Positions 26,363 to 36,230 of a stretch of 64,000 nt of DNA are shown piece by piece. The stretch is from Spirochaetota bacterium. Lineage in GTDB: Bacteria > Spirochaetota > UBA4802 > UBA5550. The stretch covers positions 4,479-68,478 of the forward strand of contig DAONFG010000005.1 in NCBI GenBank assembly GCA_035403465.1, in the 5' to 3' direction. The notes under the pieces are model-generated. The model was not told where the DNA came from and searched no databases. It saw nothing but the letters and a program-made list of their open reading frames with translations. How positions within the stretch are numbered: position 1 is the first letter of the stretch; the number at the start of each line of letters is the position of its first letter. The translations under genes were made by a program, and so were the position numbers.

Positions 26363-28126
26363 ATGAATAATCTAACACAAACAAATAATCGTGTGCTCTT
26401 CACCTCTGTCTTCGGCCCTTACGGAATAAAGGATAAATACGCTGAAGCACTCGGGATGCAGATGGAACTTCTGAACAACCAGGTCACGCGGGCACAGGGA
26501 GTTCACTCACCGCGCCAGTCATACCTGAGCTTCGCATTGTACCTTCTTGCTGAAAATATTTCGGTACAGAGCACGGTGATCGATTTCCCTTCATGGAAAG
26601 AATTTACGAATGAGCTTAAAAACGGGTACACACATGTAGCCATTTCGTTCATTGTACCAAACGTGCTCAAAGTAAAACGCATGGCGGAATATATACGCAG
26701 GACATATCCAGGTATAAAGATACTGCTCGGCGGGTACGGCACGATTATACCAGACCTGGAAACTATTGTTCCCCACGATGAGGCATGCAGGGGTGAGGGT
26801 GTCCGGTGGTTCAGGGAATATTTCGGCGACGATACATCCGCTCCGCTTGTTCACCCGGTACTGCGGAACCCTGTGTACAATTACACCTACGGCATGAAAT
26901 CTAATCCCAGGGGATCAGTGCTGCTCACCGGTGCCGGATGCAAAAACGGCTGCACATTCTGCATCACATCGCACATGTTCAAAAAGGAATACCTCCCGCT
27001 GCTCGAGACAGGACACGACGTGTTCAATACCTGCGCCATGCTTGAAAGGAAACTCGGAGCAGTTAACTTCATGGTCATGGATGAAAATTTCCTCATGAAA
27101 AAAGACAGGGGTGTTGAGCTCCTCGAACTGATGGAGAATGAAAAAAAGACCTATTCTTTTGTACTCTTCTGTTCTGCCAATATCATCAGGCAGCTCGGCG
27201 TCGATTTCTTTGTAAGGATGGGAATAAGCAGGGTATGGGTAGGAGTTGAATCGAAGACCAACACCCATGACAAAGTTAAAGGTATTGACCTCAAGGAACT
27301 TTTCGAGGAGCTCCAGTCCCATGGCATAGCCGTGCTTGCATCAACCATTCTGTTCCAGGACCACCACGATGCAGATACCATCATCGAAGAGATCGACTGG
27401 GTAAACAGCCTTAACTCGGACATGGTACAGTTCATGAACTATACGCCATGGCCTACAACCGGGCTCTATGAAAAACTTGAAAGTGAAGGCCGCCTGAAGC
27501 GGATCCCCTACCGCAATCAGCACGGTGCGGGTGAACTGAGCTTTGATCACCCTCACTTTAAAAACGCCCGTGACCATGAAAAATATTTATATAACGCTTT
27601 CAAAAGCAAATACAGGAACGGCGGCCCGGCCATTATGAAGATGGCGCGCACGTCGGCGAGAGGATATATCAGGGCTGTGAGCGATTGTGAAATGCGTGAA
27701 AATAAGGGTCTTAAATGGAATAACATCACACTCTGTTATGAGGAGACAACAAGTCCCGTAAAGGATGATTTCATGAGAGCAAGAATCGCCATGATGCGCA
27801 ATGAAGCGCTCCGCTACAGGCCCGCACTTTTCGCAGCAATGATATTTTCACCTAATAGTATCACCCGCAGACTTTCGCTTGACACAATCAGGCTGTATAA
27901 TAATACATTCGGCAGACCGGATTTAAAGGATAAAATTAAATCAGCCGTAATACTTCTTTCTGCATGTATTGAATCGCTGAAAATAATATTTTCCAGGATT
28001 GCCGGCAGAGAAGGGATTATAAGACAGCCTTCACTTCACCGTATTGAGTATCCGGCAGATACATCTGCAGTTACCAGCGGATCAGGCGCACTATCGGGAA
28101 CAAGGAGAATGGTTATACAGGAATGA
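26363..28126 (+). CDS. B12-binding-domain radical SAM protein
   Basis: ILLGGYG (cobalamin-binding-like), CKNGCTFC (CxxxCxxC), DENF, GVES. Confidence 0.85.
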   Translation: MNNLTQTNNRVLFTSVFGPYGIKDKYAEALGMQMELLNNQVTRAQGVHSPRQSYLSFALYLLAENISVQSTVIDFPSWKEFTNELKNGYTHVAISFIVPNVLKVKRMAEYIRRTYPGIKILLGGYGTIIPDLETIVPHDEACRGEGVRWFREYFGDDTSAPLVHPVLRNPVYNYTYGMKSNPRGSVLLTGAGCKNGCTFCITSHMFKKEYLPLLETGHDVFNTCAMLERKLGAVNFMVMDENFLMKKDRGVELLELMENEKKTYSFVLFCSANIIRQLGVDFFVRMGISRVWVGVESKTNTHDKVKGIDLKELFEELQSHGIAVLASTILFQDHHDADTIIEEIDWVNSLNSDMVQFMNYTPWPTTGLYEKLESEGRLKRIPYRNQHGAGELSFDHPHFKNARDHEKYLYNAFKSKYRNGGPAIMKMARTSARGYIRAVSDCEMRENKGLKWNNITLCYEETTSPVKDDFMRARIAMMRNEALRYRPALFAAMIFSPNSITRRLSLDTIRLYNNTFGRPDLKDKIKSAVILLSACIESLKIIFSRIAGREGIIRQPSLHRIEYPADTSAVTSGSGALSGTRRMVIQE

Positions 28127-28977
28127 ATAAAAATACAGTATTTGAATCAGTTGTTTTTGCCGGGGGCGGCAGCAGGTGCTTCTGGCAGCTGGGTTTCTGG
28201 AACACCGTTGCACCGGCACTTAATATAAATCCGTCAGTTGTCTCAAGTGTAAGTGCAGGAGCTGCCTTTGCATGCTTTTCCCTTGCCGCTGATGCAGAGG
28301 ATGTACTGAGCTATTTTAAAAAAGCAACCGGTGTAAATAAAAAAAACTTTTACCTGTCCAATATGTTCCGCAGGGAGCCCATGTTCCCGCATTATAAAAT
28401 GTACAGGGACGCGATTCTTTACGGGCTGAATGATGATGTAATGGAAAAACTGAAAAACGGTCCCGAGATACGCATACTTGTATCAAGGCCCCCGTTCTGG
28501 ATGGGAGCACGCCTTGCGGCTTTTATCAGTGTTGTTGCATACAGCATTGAAAAGCATATCTTTTATCCGCTTCACCCGGTTTTCTCATCAAAAATCGGAT
28601 TTAAGGGCGAGGTCATAAATGTCAGGGAATGCCCGACCCGTGAAAATCTGGCGGATCTCATTCTCGCATCATCGTGTGCTCCACCGCTTCTTCCAGTGAT
28701 GCAGCTTGGTAAAAAGGTGGCATTGGACGGCGGCGTGATCGACAATGTTCCTGTAAAGCTGCTAGATGACTGCAGCGGGAAAAAACTGGTACTGCTTACA
28801 AGAAGGTACAAGGACTCGATACTACCCGAAGAGAACGGTGTAGTATATGTGCAGCCCTCTGAAGAGATAACGATAACAAAATGGGAATACACTGATCCCG
28901 AAGGGCTACAGTATGTTTATGACCTGGGCAGGCGCGACGGTGAAAAGTTTATTAAACTTTTTCCTGATAACCGGTAA
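28123..28977 (+). CDS. Patatin-like phospholipase
   Basis: GGGSRC, SVSAG nucleophile elbow, DGG; ATGA overlap with the radical SAM gene. Confidence 0.87.
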   Translation: MNKNTVFESVVFAGGGSRCFWQLGFWNTVAPALNINPSVVSSVSAGAAFACFSLAADAEDVLSYFKKATGVNKKNFYLSNMFRREPMFPHYKMYRDAILYGLNDDVMEKLKNGPEIRILVSRPPFWMGARLAAFISVVAYSIEKHIFYPLHPVFSSKIGFKGEVINVRECPTRENLADLILASSCAPPLLPVMQLGKKVALDGGVIDNVPVKLLDDCSGKKLVLLTRRYKDSILPEENGVVYVQPSEEITITKWEYTDPEGLQYVYDLGRRDGEKFIKLFPDNR

Positions 28978-28983
28978 AAAATA

Positions 28984-29012
28984 TTGACATGATTTTTACC
29001 CATGGCTAGATT
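28984..29012 (+). promoter_or_regulatory. Sigma70 promoter of the ilv leader
   Basis: TTGACA-17-TAGATT. Confidence 0.7.
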
Positions 29013-29035
29013 TGATTCACATTAAAGAAAACTCT

Positions 29036-29128
29036 ATGAACAGATTGCTGAACACATCATTAATTCTCGTAAACCTCGTACTTGTGGTCGTGGTGGTGTG
29101 CAATCATACATACTGGTCTGTACCGTAG
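29036..29128 (+). CDS. ilvB attenuator leader peptide, 30 aa (absent from ORF track)
   Basis: MNRLLNTSLILVNLVLVVVVVCNHTYWSVP: 6 Leu, 8 Val, 1 Ile. Confidence 0.88.
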   Translation: MNRLLNTSLILVNLVLVVVVVCNHTYWSVP

Positions 29129-29188
29129 GGAAACGATAATAGCGAAAAATACAAGCCCCGCCCGGTACAGACCGGACGGGGCTTTTTT
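29115..29188 (+). terminator. Attenuator: antiterminator and intrinsic terminator
   Basis: Terminator AAGCCCCG-C-CCGGT-ACAG-ACCGG-A-CGGGGCTT plus T-run (29153-88). GGTCTGTACCG (29115-25) is perfectly complementary to CGGTACAGACC (29163-73). Confidence 0.9.
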
Positions 29189-29212
29189 ATTTTAAGGCAA
29201 ATGGAGGCCCCG

Positions 29213-30880
29213 ATGAAACTTACAGGTTCACAGATTATTGTTGAATCACTCAGGAAACACGAAATATATGTTGTCACCGGCATACCGGGCGGATCGAACC
29301 TTCCGCTCTACAGTGCTCTGCATGAAAGCGGCATAGAGCACGTACTAGCGCGCCATGAACAGGGCGCCGGGTTCATTGCGCAGGGGATGGCTCGCTGTAC
29401 TGGAAAACCGGCAGTATGCCTTGCCACTTCAGGTCCCGGAGCTACAAACCTTGTCACCGCGCTGGCAGATGCAAAGATGGACTCTGTTCCGATTGTTGCA
29501 ATAACAGGACAGGTCTCGCTGCCCTACATAGGCACCGACGCATTCCAGGAAGTCGACATGTTCGGACTCTCCCTGTCCATAACCAAGCATTCGTTCCTGG
29601 TAAAAAAAATTGATGAACTCGCCGGAATCATGCGCGACGCTTTTTACATTGCGTCATCAGGAAGACCGGGGCCGGTACTCGTTGATATTCCAAAGGACAT
29701 CCAGAACCAGGTAATTGAAATCGACTCAATACCGGAACCGAGACCGCTCCCCGGGCACAGTAAACCTGATGACCGCGAGATTATAAAAATCGCAGAGGCA
29801 ATCAATAAATCAAAAAGGCCCGTAATTTACCCGGGCGGCGGCGTGGTGATTTCCGGCGCATGTGCCGTGCTGCGTGAATTCGCAGAGAAGACGTCGGTAC
29901 CTGTTGCAGTGTCGCTCCGCGGGCTTTCGTCATTCTACCATGACCACCCGTTGTACATGGGGCTTATAGGCATGCACGGCAACGTAAGTACGAACATGGT
30001 GATTGACGAGGCTGACCTTGTAATATGCATAGGCGCAAGGTTCAACGACCGGACAACAGGCACTACAAGCGGTTTCTGCCCTAACGCGCGGATAATCCAT
30101 GCGGACATAGATTCCTCGGAAATAGACAAGATCAGGCGGAGCGACATGGCTGTAACATGCGACGCCGGCGTGTTCCTTGAAATGCTCATGCCTCATGTTG
30201 AACATACCAACCGCAGTTCATGGCTTGCCAGGATTGATGAACTGAAAAAAATTCATGACGCGGGGATAAATCTTCCGCCGCAACACCCTGTTGAAATAAT
30301 ACGGACAATAAGCAGGTGCGCCCCGAAGGATTCTCTGGTTGCAACAGATGTCGGCCAGCACCAGATGTGGGTCGCGCGCACATACCCTTTCACTGTCGGC
30401 AGGACATTCCTGACATCAGGCGGGCTTGGCACAATGGGATTCGGGCTGCCTGCAGCTATAGGCGCCGCGCTTGCTGACCGGTCAAAAACTGTCATCTGTT
30501 TCAGCGGCGACGGTTCGATCCTTATGAACATCCAGGAGCTGGCGACACTGGCCGACCTGGACCTGAATGTAAAGGTAATAATATTGAACAACGGCCAGCT
30601 GGGACTTGTGCGGCAGCAGCAGGAACTCTTCTATGATAAGAAGTACATAGCATCAAGTTTCAGCACACGGCCGGACTTCAGTTTAATTGCTGCAGGTTTC
30701 GGCGTTAAAGGAATCAGCAAGGCATCGGGAAGCATTAATGAAGAGGATATCAAGACGATACTGAATGAACCGGGGCCATGTCTGGTGAACATTGACATTA
30801 CAGGCGAGTACAATGTCTATCCCATGGTGCCGCCCGGAAAGGATAATATTTACATGTTAACGGAGGACATGCATGAATAA
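29213..30880 (+). CDS. ilvB: Acetolactate synthase (AHAS) large subunit
   Basis: GIPGG, RHEQGAGFIAQGMAR, GTDAFQE, DVGQHQMW, GDGSILMNIQEL..NNG; GGAGG RBS at 29203. Confidence 0.95.
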   Translation: MKLTGSQIIVESLRKHEIYVVTGIPGGSNLPLYSALHESGIEHVLARHEQGAGFIAQGMARCTGKPAVCLATSGPGATNLVTALADAKMDSVPIVAITGQVSLPYIGTDAFQEVDMFGLSLSITKHSFLVKKIDELAGIMRDAFYIASSGRPGPVLVDIPKDIQNQVIEIDSIPEPRPLPGHSKPDDREIIKIAEAINKSKRPVIYPGGGVVISGACAVLREFAEKTSVPVAVSLRGLSSFYHDHPLYMGLIGMHGNVSTNMVIDEADLVICIGARFNDRTTGTTSGFCPNARIIHADIDSSEIDKIRRSDMAVTCDAGVFLEMLMPHVEHTNRSSWLARIDELKKIHDAGINLPPQHPVEIIRTISRCAPKDSLVATDVGQHQMWVARTYPFTVGRTFLTSGGLGTMGFGLPAAIGAALADRSKTVICFSGDGSILMNIQELATLADLDLNVKVIILNNGQLGLVRQQQELFYDKKYIASSFSTRPDFSLIAAGFGVKGISKASGSINEEDIKTILNEPGPCLVNIDITGEYNVYPMVPPGKDNIYMLTEDMHE

Positions 30881-31124
30881 CCGGACCCTTATAATCAAAG
30901 CAAAAAAACATACAGGCGCCATTACCCCGCTTGCATCATTCTTTTCACGCAGGAACATCGCAGTGGAAAAGATGTCATGCTTCGCATTACGCGGTGCGGG
31001 CGAAATGGTATTCACAGTGACCTACGCACGCACCGAAGGAGGGGATAACTTTGTGCCGCACCTGTCAAAAATGTATGATGTAATCGAGGCATATTACCGG
31101 GAGCCCCTGGAGCGCATGGGGTAA
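30873..31124 (+). CDS. Single-ACT-domain AHAS regulatory subunit (IlvN/IlvM-like)
   Basis: 83 aa overlapping the ilvB end; FFSRRNIAVE..LSKMYDVIE pattern. Confidence 0.7.
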   Translation: MNNRTLIIKAKKHTGAITPLASFFSRRNIAVEKMSCFALRGAGEMVFTVTYARTEGGDNFVPHLSKMYDVIEAYYREPLERMG

Positions 31125-31306
31125 GCAGGGCATTTATCCGCGCGCAGGAGAGTCCGAAAAATGGTAACGGATAACTTTTATGTTCGTTCAGACGAAGAGT
31201 TGCTCCAGAGGTATCTTATGATGTGCGGACAGGAGTAGTGAAATATAAATTAAAATGTCTTGATTTAAGAAAGATACAAAAATACATTATCGTTGAGGTG
31301 TATAAT

Positions 31307-31525
31307 ATGAAAGCTGCGATGAAAAATAAAATTATATCCGAGATTAATGACATCCCGGACAGCAAGGCTTCAAGCCTGCTTAACTATATCCGGTTTTTAA
31401 AATATGAGGACGAATTTAGAACTCCAAATGCTGTGACAGAAAGAACTTTTAGAGATACAGATAAAGGTAAAAATATTAATGCTCATAAGTCACTTGATGA
31501 TTACTTCAAAATAATGGAATCATGA
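31307..31525 (+). CDS. Antitoxin-like protein (DUF2281-like N-terminus, DinJ/RelB-like C-terminus)
   Basis: PNAVTERTFRDTDKGKNINAHKSLDDYF; lies 3 nt upstream of yafQ. Confidence 0.6.
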   Translation: MKAAMKNKIISEINDIPDSKASSLLNYIRFLKYEDEFRTPNAVTERTFRDTDKGKNINAHKSLDDYFKIMES

Positions 31526-31528
31526 TCA

Positions 31529-31807
31529 ATGCTGATTATTCAGACCACAGGTCAATTTGACCGTGATTTCAAACGAATCTTAAAATCCGGCGATAAAGAT
31601 ATTTAAAAAATAAAATCAGTAATGCGCCAGCTTGCAGAACGCCGTCAGCTTAACCCAAAACATAAAGACCACAAACTTATCGGTAATTACAAAGGCCGCC
31701 GCGAATGCCATATTGCTCCGGACTGGCTGATGATTTACCAGTACATCGGCGACAATGCAGTACTTTTCGAAAGAACAGGGAGTCATTCCGAGTTGTTTAA
31801 GAAATAA
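31529..31807 (+). pseudogene. yafQ: YafQ/RelE-family toxin with an in-frame stop
   Basis: MLIIQTTGQFDRDFKRILKSGDKDI*KIKSVMRQL..KDHKLIGNYKGRRECHIAPDWLMIY..RTGSHSELF; TAA at 31604-06. Confidence 0.85.
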
Positions 31808-32035
31808 AAATGCCGCATCATCCCCGCAATGCCCTGAGCGCACCCTGACGGACATGGAAGGACTAATGTCGCGGTGGATGGCAAGGAGCGACCTCTCCCA
31901 TCGAGTCACGATAACGGCAGCATTTACACATTACAGGAAGAGGGCATTCCTTAATGTATTTAAAAAATTACTATTAAACTCTTATAGTTAAACTGATATT
32001 TGTTTTATACTGATGCATACTATTCGGGGGAATAA

Positions 32036-32271
32036 ATGCCCACAGTTCTCATAATCGGTAATATCCGGTTCTTTTAAAACAGTCGCGAGGAAACGAACCG
32101 GCACATACATATTGAAACACCGGATAGTACAGCTAAATTCCGGCTTGAACCCCATGTCTATCTTGATACATTTTATAATCTATCCGAAAAAAACTTAATA
32201 GAATCGAATCTATAATTAAGGAGAAACAGGATGATTTCATCTATGAATGGAACCGGCACTTTAAAATATGA
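32036..32271 (+). pseudogene. DUF4160-family gene, decayed
   Basis: MPTVLIIGNIRFF*NSREETNRHIHIE..TAKFRLEP, then a frameshift in an A-run near 32186 to LNRIESIIKEKQDDFIYEWNRHFKI*. Confidence 0.75.
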
Positions 32272-32492
32272 AATAACAAATATTGAACGATTCGGAAGCT
32301 GGCTTCTTGCAGATGATAAGGAATACTATATCAAATTTGAAGATTATCCTGCCTTAAAAAAACCTCCGTCGAACAATTACTTAATTTAAAAAGGATAGGT
32401 CCTTCTCAGTTCAGATGGCCTGACCTGATGAAGATATTGAACTTGAGGCGCTTGAAGATCCCGAAAAGTATGTTCTGCGGTATGAGCGATAA
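32243..32492 (+). pseudogene. DUF2442-family gene, decayed
   Basis: MNGTGTLKYEITNIERFGSWLLADDKEYYIKFEDYPAL, frameshift, SVEQLLNLKRIGPSQFRWPD, frameshift, DEDIELEALEDPEKYVLRYER*. Confidence 0.75.
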
Positions 32493-32556
32493 AAAATCCT
32501 CTATCGATATGCTCATACCCCTGATCGAACTACTGAGTACCTGTTTAATTGTTCAA

Positions 32557-34296
32557 TTAATTTTCAAAAAAACCAAGGTTAGTGGTTACATCTGTATCTG
32601 CATTGTACCAATAAATATTATAATCAGCCATCACTCTTTTTAAATGGATAATAGGATTTTTCTTATCAGTATCTTTTACTGAATACATGATAACTTTTAT
32701 TGCTATTTCTGGTGCTACTACACTTGCAATTGTTTTTATATCAAAAATTTTTTCGCTATTTGATAATTGAGAAGAAGCAGGTAATCTTCTATCTTGCCAT
32801 GATCTTCCATATTTTTGTGAATAGCATAGGTTACCATTCAAAAAATTATCAACTGCCGCAAATTCAACAGGATTCTCCTCATGTACTCTTACTGGATTTG
32901 CTTCATAGGAGGAATACGTATCTTCAAACAATTCACTTCCGTCATATCTAAAATCAATAGAGGTTTCATTTGAAAAAACATATCCAAGTTCTACTGATTT
33001 AATATAGTATCCATCAATTTCGTTACATACAATTTCAGGAAAATAATTGTCATGCAATTCAACATTCGAAACGTTAAGTAGAAATGACCATATATTTTGT
33101 GATACACCCTCAGTAAACTCGCCAACATCATATGTTGTCACAGTAACATCCACAACCGGTTTCGATTTAATACTGAATATACCAAGTGCTTTGTTGTAAT
33201 AGGATAATGTTCCGTGATAATCCGAATCAACTATTACTCCAGGCACATTGAATTCGAATCCGTCAATTGGAGCTATCTTCTTAATAGTTTCGTTTAAAAT
33301 AATATCGCCCATATAGTTCAAGGGTACCGGCTGTGATTCCTTACTGCCGAATATTCCTGAAGAAAAAATTCCCGCAATTACCCCGATCCAGGGGACTATG
33401 CTGCCTCCGGCTAACGAGCTGATGCTGCCAATATCATTAAGCAGATCGGAGTACCATGTGCCGCTTGATGCATTACAATAAATAAAGAATTTTTTTGAAT
33501 CTTTATAACATAATACTCCTTTTTTACCGGCAGTAATTAAATCCCCAGTGCTTATATTTCCCGAAGAATGAACCTGCCCATTGCCAAGTACCTGGTTAAG
33601 AGTTATATCTCCTTCAAGCATAATCTCCGATTCATCAATAATATGTACTGTTAAATACAAACACAGATTCTTCTTCTCTGTCACTGCCGAATCATATGCT
33701 ATCACAAAATCAGCAAAACTCCAATCCCTGCTAATTACACCTGTAATTGTAGTTAGGGTTTTATCGGCATCATAATCATTGGTAAAACAATCCTCATTGT
33801 CAAAAAATGAAAGTATAGAACTTGTACCGTTTATCTGCACTAGGTTTACCATGGCATAGCTGTGATCATTATATTCTTTTGAATTATAAAATACATATCT
33901 CAAGGTAGCAGTTGCCCTGTTATACAGTAAAAAATATGGCATGTTTGGAGCTTTGGTTATTGTACCAAAATCCGCTTTTATAAGTACCCAGCCATCTTCG
34001 GGGAACATATCCACATCAGTCCTGTTAGATCTGAATAAAACCTTCCCCGCTGGGCTTGTATCATCAAAAAATGGAAGCTGGACACCTGTATGTTTAGTGA
34101 TAGCCCCTTCGTTTGAAGAATCTTTAGAATAAAGTGTATACCCCTTCTCCTTATATTCATACCATTTCCAGTTCTTCATTCTGAACTGAACATCACCGGT
34201 ACCTTCCTTACCCATTGTCCCGTCTGAACACGCGGAAAATCCAAAACTTATAAAATGTATTACAACGGCAATATAGAGATGATTATAGAACCTCAT
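32557..34296 (-). CDS. Hypothetical AT-rich lipoprotein, 579 aa
   Basis: Lipobox FGFSAC; long ORF; DNA visibly more AT-rich than the flanks. Confidence 0.7.
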   Translation of the reverse strand: MRFYNHLYIAVVIHFISFGFSACSDGTMGKEGTGDVQFRMKNWKWYEYKEKGYTLYSKDSSNEGAITKHTGVQLPFFDDTSPAGKVLFRSNRTDVDMFPEDGWVLIKADFGTITKAPNMPYFLLYNRATATLRYVFYNSKEYNDHSYAMVNLVQINGTSSILSFFDNEDCFTNDYDADKTLTTITGVISRDWSFADFVIAYDSAVTEKKNLCLYLTVHIIDESEIMLEGDITLNQVLGNGQVHSSGNISTGDLITAGKKGVLCYKDSKKFFIYCNASSGTWYSDLLNDIGSISSLAGGSIVPWIGVIAGIFSSGIFGSKESQPVPLNYMGDIILNETIKKIAPIDGFEFNVPGVIVDSDYHGTLSYYNKALGIFSIKSKPVVDVTVTTYDVGEFTEGVSQNIWSFLLNVSNVELHDNYFPEIVCNEIDGYYIKSVELGYVFSNETSIDFRYDGSELFEDTYSSYEANPVRVHEENPVEFAAVDNFLNGNLCYSQKYGRSWQDRRLPASSQLSNSEKIFDIKTIASVVAPEIAIKVIMYSVKDTDKKNPIIHLKRVMADYNIYWYNADTDVTTNLGFFEN

Positions 34297-34652
34297 TTAA
34301 AACTCCTCATAACTAGAATTTTCAGTCCTTTGCATGAGGCAATCCGGGCTGAAAATTCCAAAAAAAATGTTATGGATTAATATTTTTTCAATTCCGGTAC
34401 TCTTATTTATCATTTATTGCTAAAAATGCAAGGCTTTTTCAGTGTTTTAGCTCATACCCATTGGAAATGACTACGGAGCGGGTAGCACAAATGAAAAAAC
34501 ATTGACTTATTTAATAAAAAGAAAGAGCTTAATACATCTGTTCAGCACCTGAAAAAGAATCTGAATCATTAAAGTCCTGGCTGTAGAATTCCATCTTTAC
34601 TTCCTCAGGGGGAACGGGGGCGGATAAACGGGGCTTCCGGAGTGATACATCA

Positions 34653-35636
34653 TTGGTTAGAATAATCACAATACTCCTGGTACTCCTGTCTTCAGCAGAC
34701 ATCGCCCATGCCGAAGAAACAAAAAAGATCAGCATGGCCATCATGGAATTCCGCGCCAATAACACCAAGGAGGCATTTGGTAAAGCGTGCGTTGACATGC
34801 TCTCTGAAAAACTCTTCGCCACTAACCTCTTTACCCTTATGGAAAAAAGTCAGATGGACAGGATCGCGCGGCAGAACGGATTCAAGGAATTCAACATGAT
34901 CGACACTGAGCAGATATCCAGGCTTGGCAAGGTCCTCAATGTAGACAAAATCATTGTGGGTTCAATTACATATATCGATTCATTTATTATAGATGTCAAG
35001 ATACTCAATGCCTCGACAGGTGAAATTGAGTTCAATGTTAAACGTAAAATCAGATCTATTGAAAAGCTTGAAGATGTGCTTGAGGATATCGCGATTGCCA
35101 TCGAGCGGTACTACCTGGGCTATGACAACCTTAGCGGAAACCTGGATATAGCCGTTGAAGTGCATTATATTTATCCCTTTGGCTTATTAGGAAATGCTGT
35201 GAATGCAGGCCCGGGTGTCCAGGCTGTTGTGCAGTTTAATAATCCATTTGATATTCCGTTTAATATACAGGCGTTAACCGGGTATTACAGCTTTACGCCT
35301 GGACGGGATTCAATGGATTACTTTTACATGTTTCCAGTTTATTTATGCACCTCGCATAAATTCAGTTTTTCACGAAACATGGATTTCATCCCTTCTGCAG
35401 GAATAGGTTATATTTTTTCAAAAGTTTCATCGGGTGATTCAGCAGAAACAGTTGGCCTATACTGGGAAAAAAACAAACTTTATCACAATCCATCTTTTCT
35501 GATAAGAACCGAACTGGACGTTCTCCTGTACGACAGGTGGTACCTGGTAATTACACCACAGTACACCATATTTTTTGAAAAGGACAAAGCCGGGCAGTTC
35601 GCGTCTATTGGAATAGGGTTGAAGATGCTGTTTTAG
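34653..35636 (+). CDS. CsgG/FlgO-like periplasmic domain fused to an outer-membrane beta-barrel
   Basis: MAIMEF..FTLMEKSQMDRI..LGKVLNVDKIIVGSI..ILNASTGEI; alternating aromatic strands ending GIGLKMLF. Confidence 0.7.
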   Translation: MVRIITILLVLLSSADIAHAEETKKISMAIMEFRANNTKEAFGKACVDMLSEKLFATNLFTLMEKSQMDRIARQNGFKEFNMIDTEQISRLGKVLNVDKIIVGSITYIDSFIIDVKILNASTGEIEFNVKRKIRSIEKLEDVLEDIAIAIERYYLGYDNLSGNLDIAVEVHYIYPFGLLGNAVNAGPGVQAVVQFNNPFDIPFNIQALTGYYSFTPGRDSMDYFYMFPVYLCTSHKFSFSRNMDFIPSAGIGYIFSKVSSGDSAETVGLYWEKNKLYHNPSFLIRTELDVLLYDRWYLVITPQYTIFFEKDKAGQFASIGIGLKMLF

Positions 35637-35699
35637 CAGTCGCTTGACAAACGTTCGCATAAAAAAATTGTAATTAATTTATAAATCTGACACATACAT

Positions 35700-36230
35700 A
35701 TGAAAAACCTATTTTCAGAAAGGACAAAAAAATTCAGTGAGATTTACAGCGACTATTATGCTGTTGCATATAACGCAATATATGCAAAGATTCACAATAC
35801 TGAAACAGCAGAAGAACTTTTGCAGGAGGTCTTTGCAAGATTTTACGAAAAGATGGATGATGTAGAAAATCCGCGCAAATGGCTTTTTGGAACTTTACGG
35901 AATGTGTTGTTTGAGCATTACAAAAAGAATACAGTGGATACCGCGGATATTGATGAAATTTTTTACGATGCGAATATAGGTTATGTAAACGGATTCAGGG
36001 ATACCAGGATTATTCTACAGGAGGCCTTTGAAGCTTCAGAAAACTACAAAGATGAAAAAGACCGTATCATATATCAACTTATCGCAATTAATTATTATAC
36101 CCGGAAAGAGGTTGCCTGGATGCTGGGCATTACAAAACGACAGGTAAATTATAAATATAAATGCGTGGCCGACAGGATTGTTGGCTATCTGAAAAAAAAG
36201 GGCGTAAATAACCTGGAAGAACTGTTATGA
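35700..36230 (+). CDS. ECF RNA polymerase sigma factor
   Basis: AEELLQEVFARF..KWLFGTLRN (region 2); RKEVAWMLGITKRQVN (region 4). Confidence 0.85.
   Translation: MKNLFSERTKKFSEIYSDYYAVAYNAIYAKIHNTETAEELLQEVFARFYEKMDDVENPRKWLFGTLRNVLFEHYKKNTVDTADIDEIFYDANIGYVNGFRDTRIILQEAFEASENYKDEKDRIIYQLIAINYYTRKEVAWMLGITKRQVNYKYKCVADRIVGYLKKKGVNNLEELL

Noticed and set aside
31125-31240. Weak hairpin with TAAC...GTT ends before the TA module, suggesting an integron attC site
   Set aside because: Too short, imperfect core sites, no repeated copies between the genes and no integrase in the window.
31825-31905. GTCGC..GCGAC stem with CATGGAAG/GGATGG-like loops, possibly a decayed palindromic repeat
   Set aside because: Only 5-bp pairing and no second clear copy; cannot be supported from this window.
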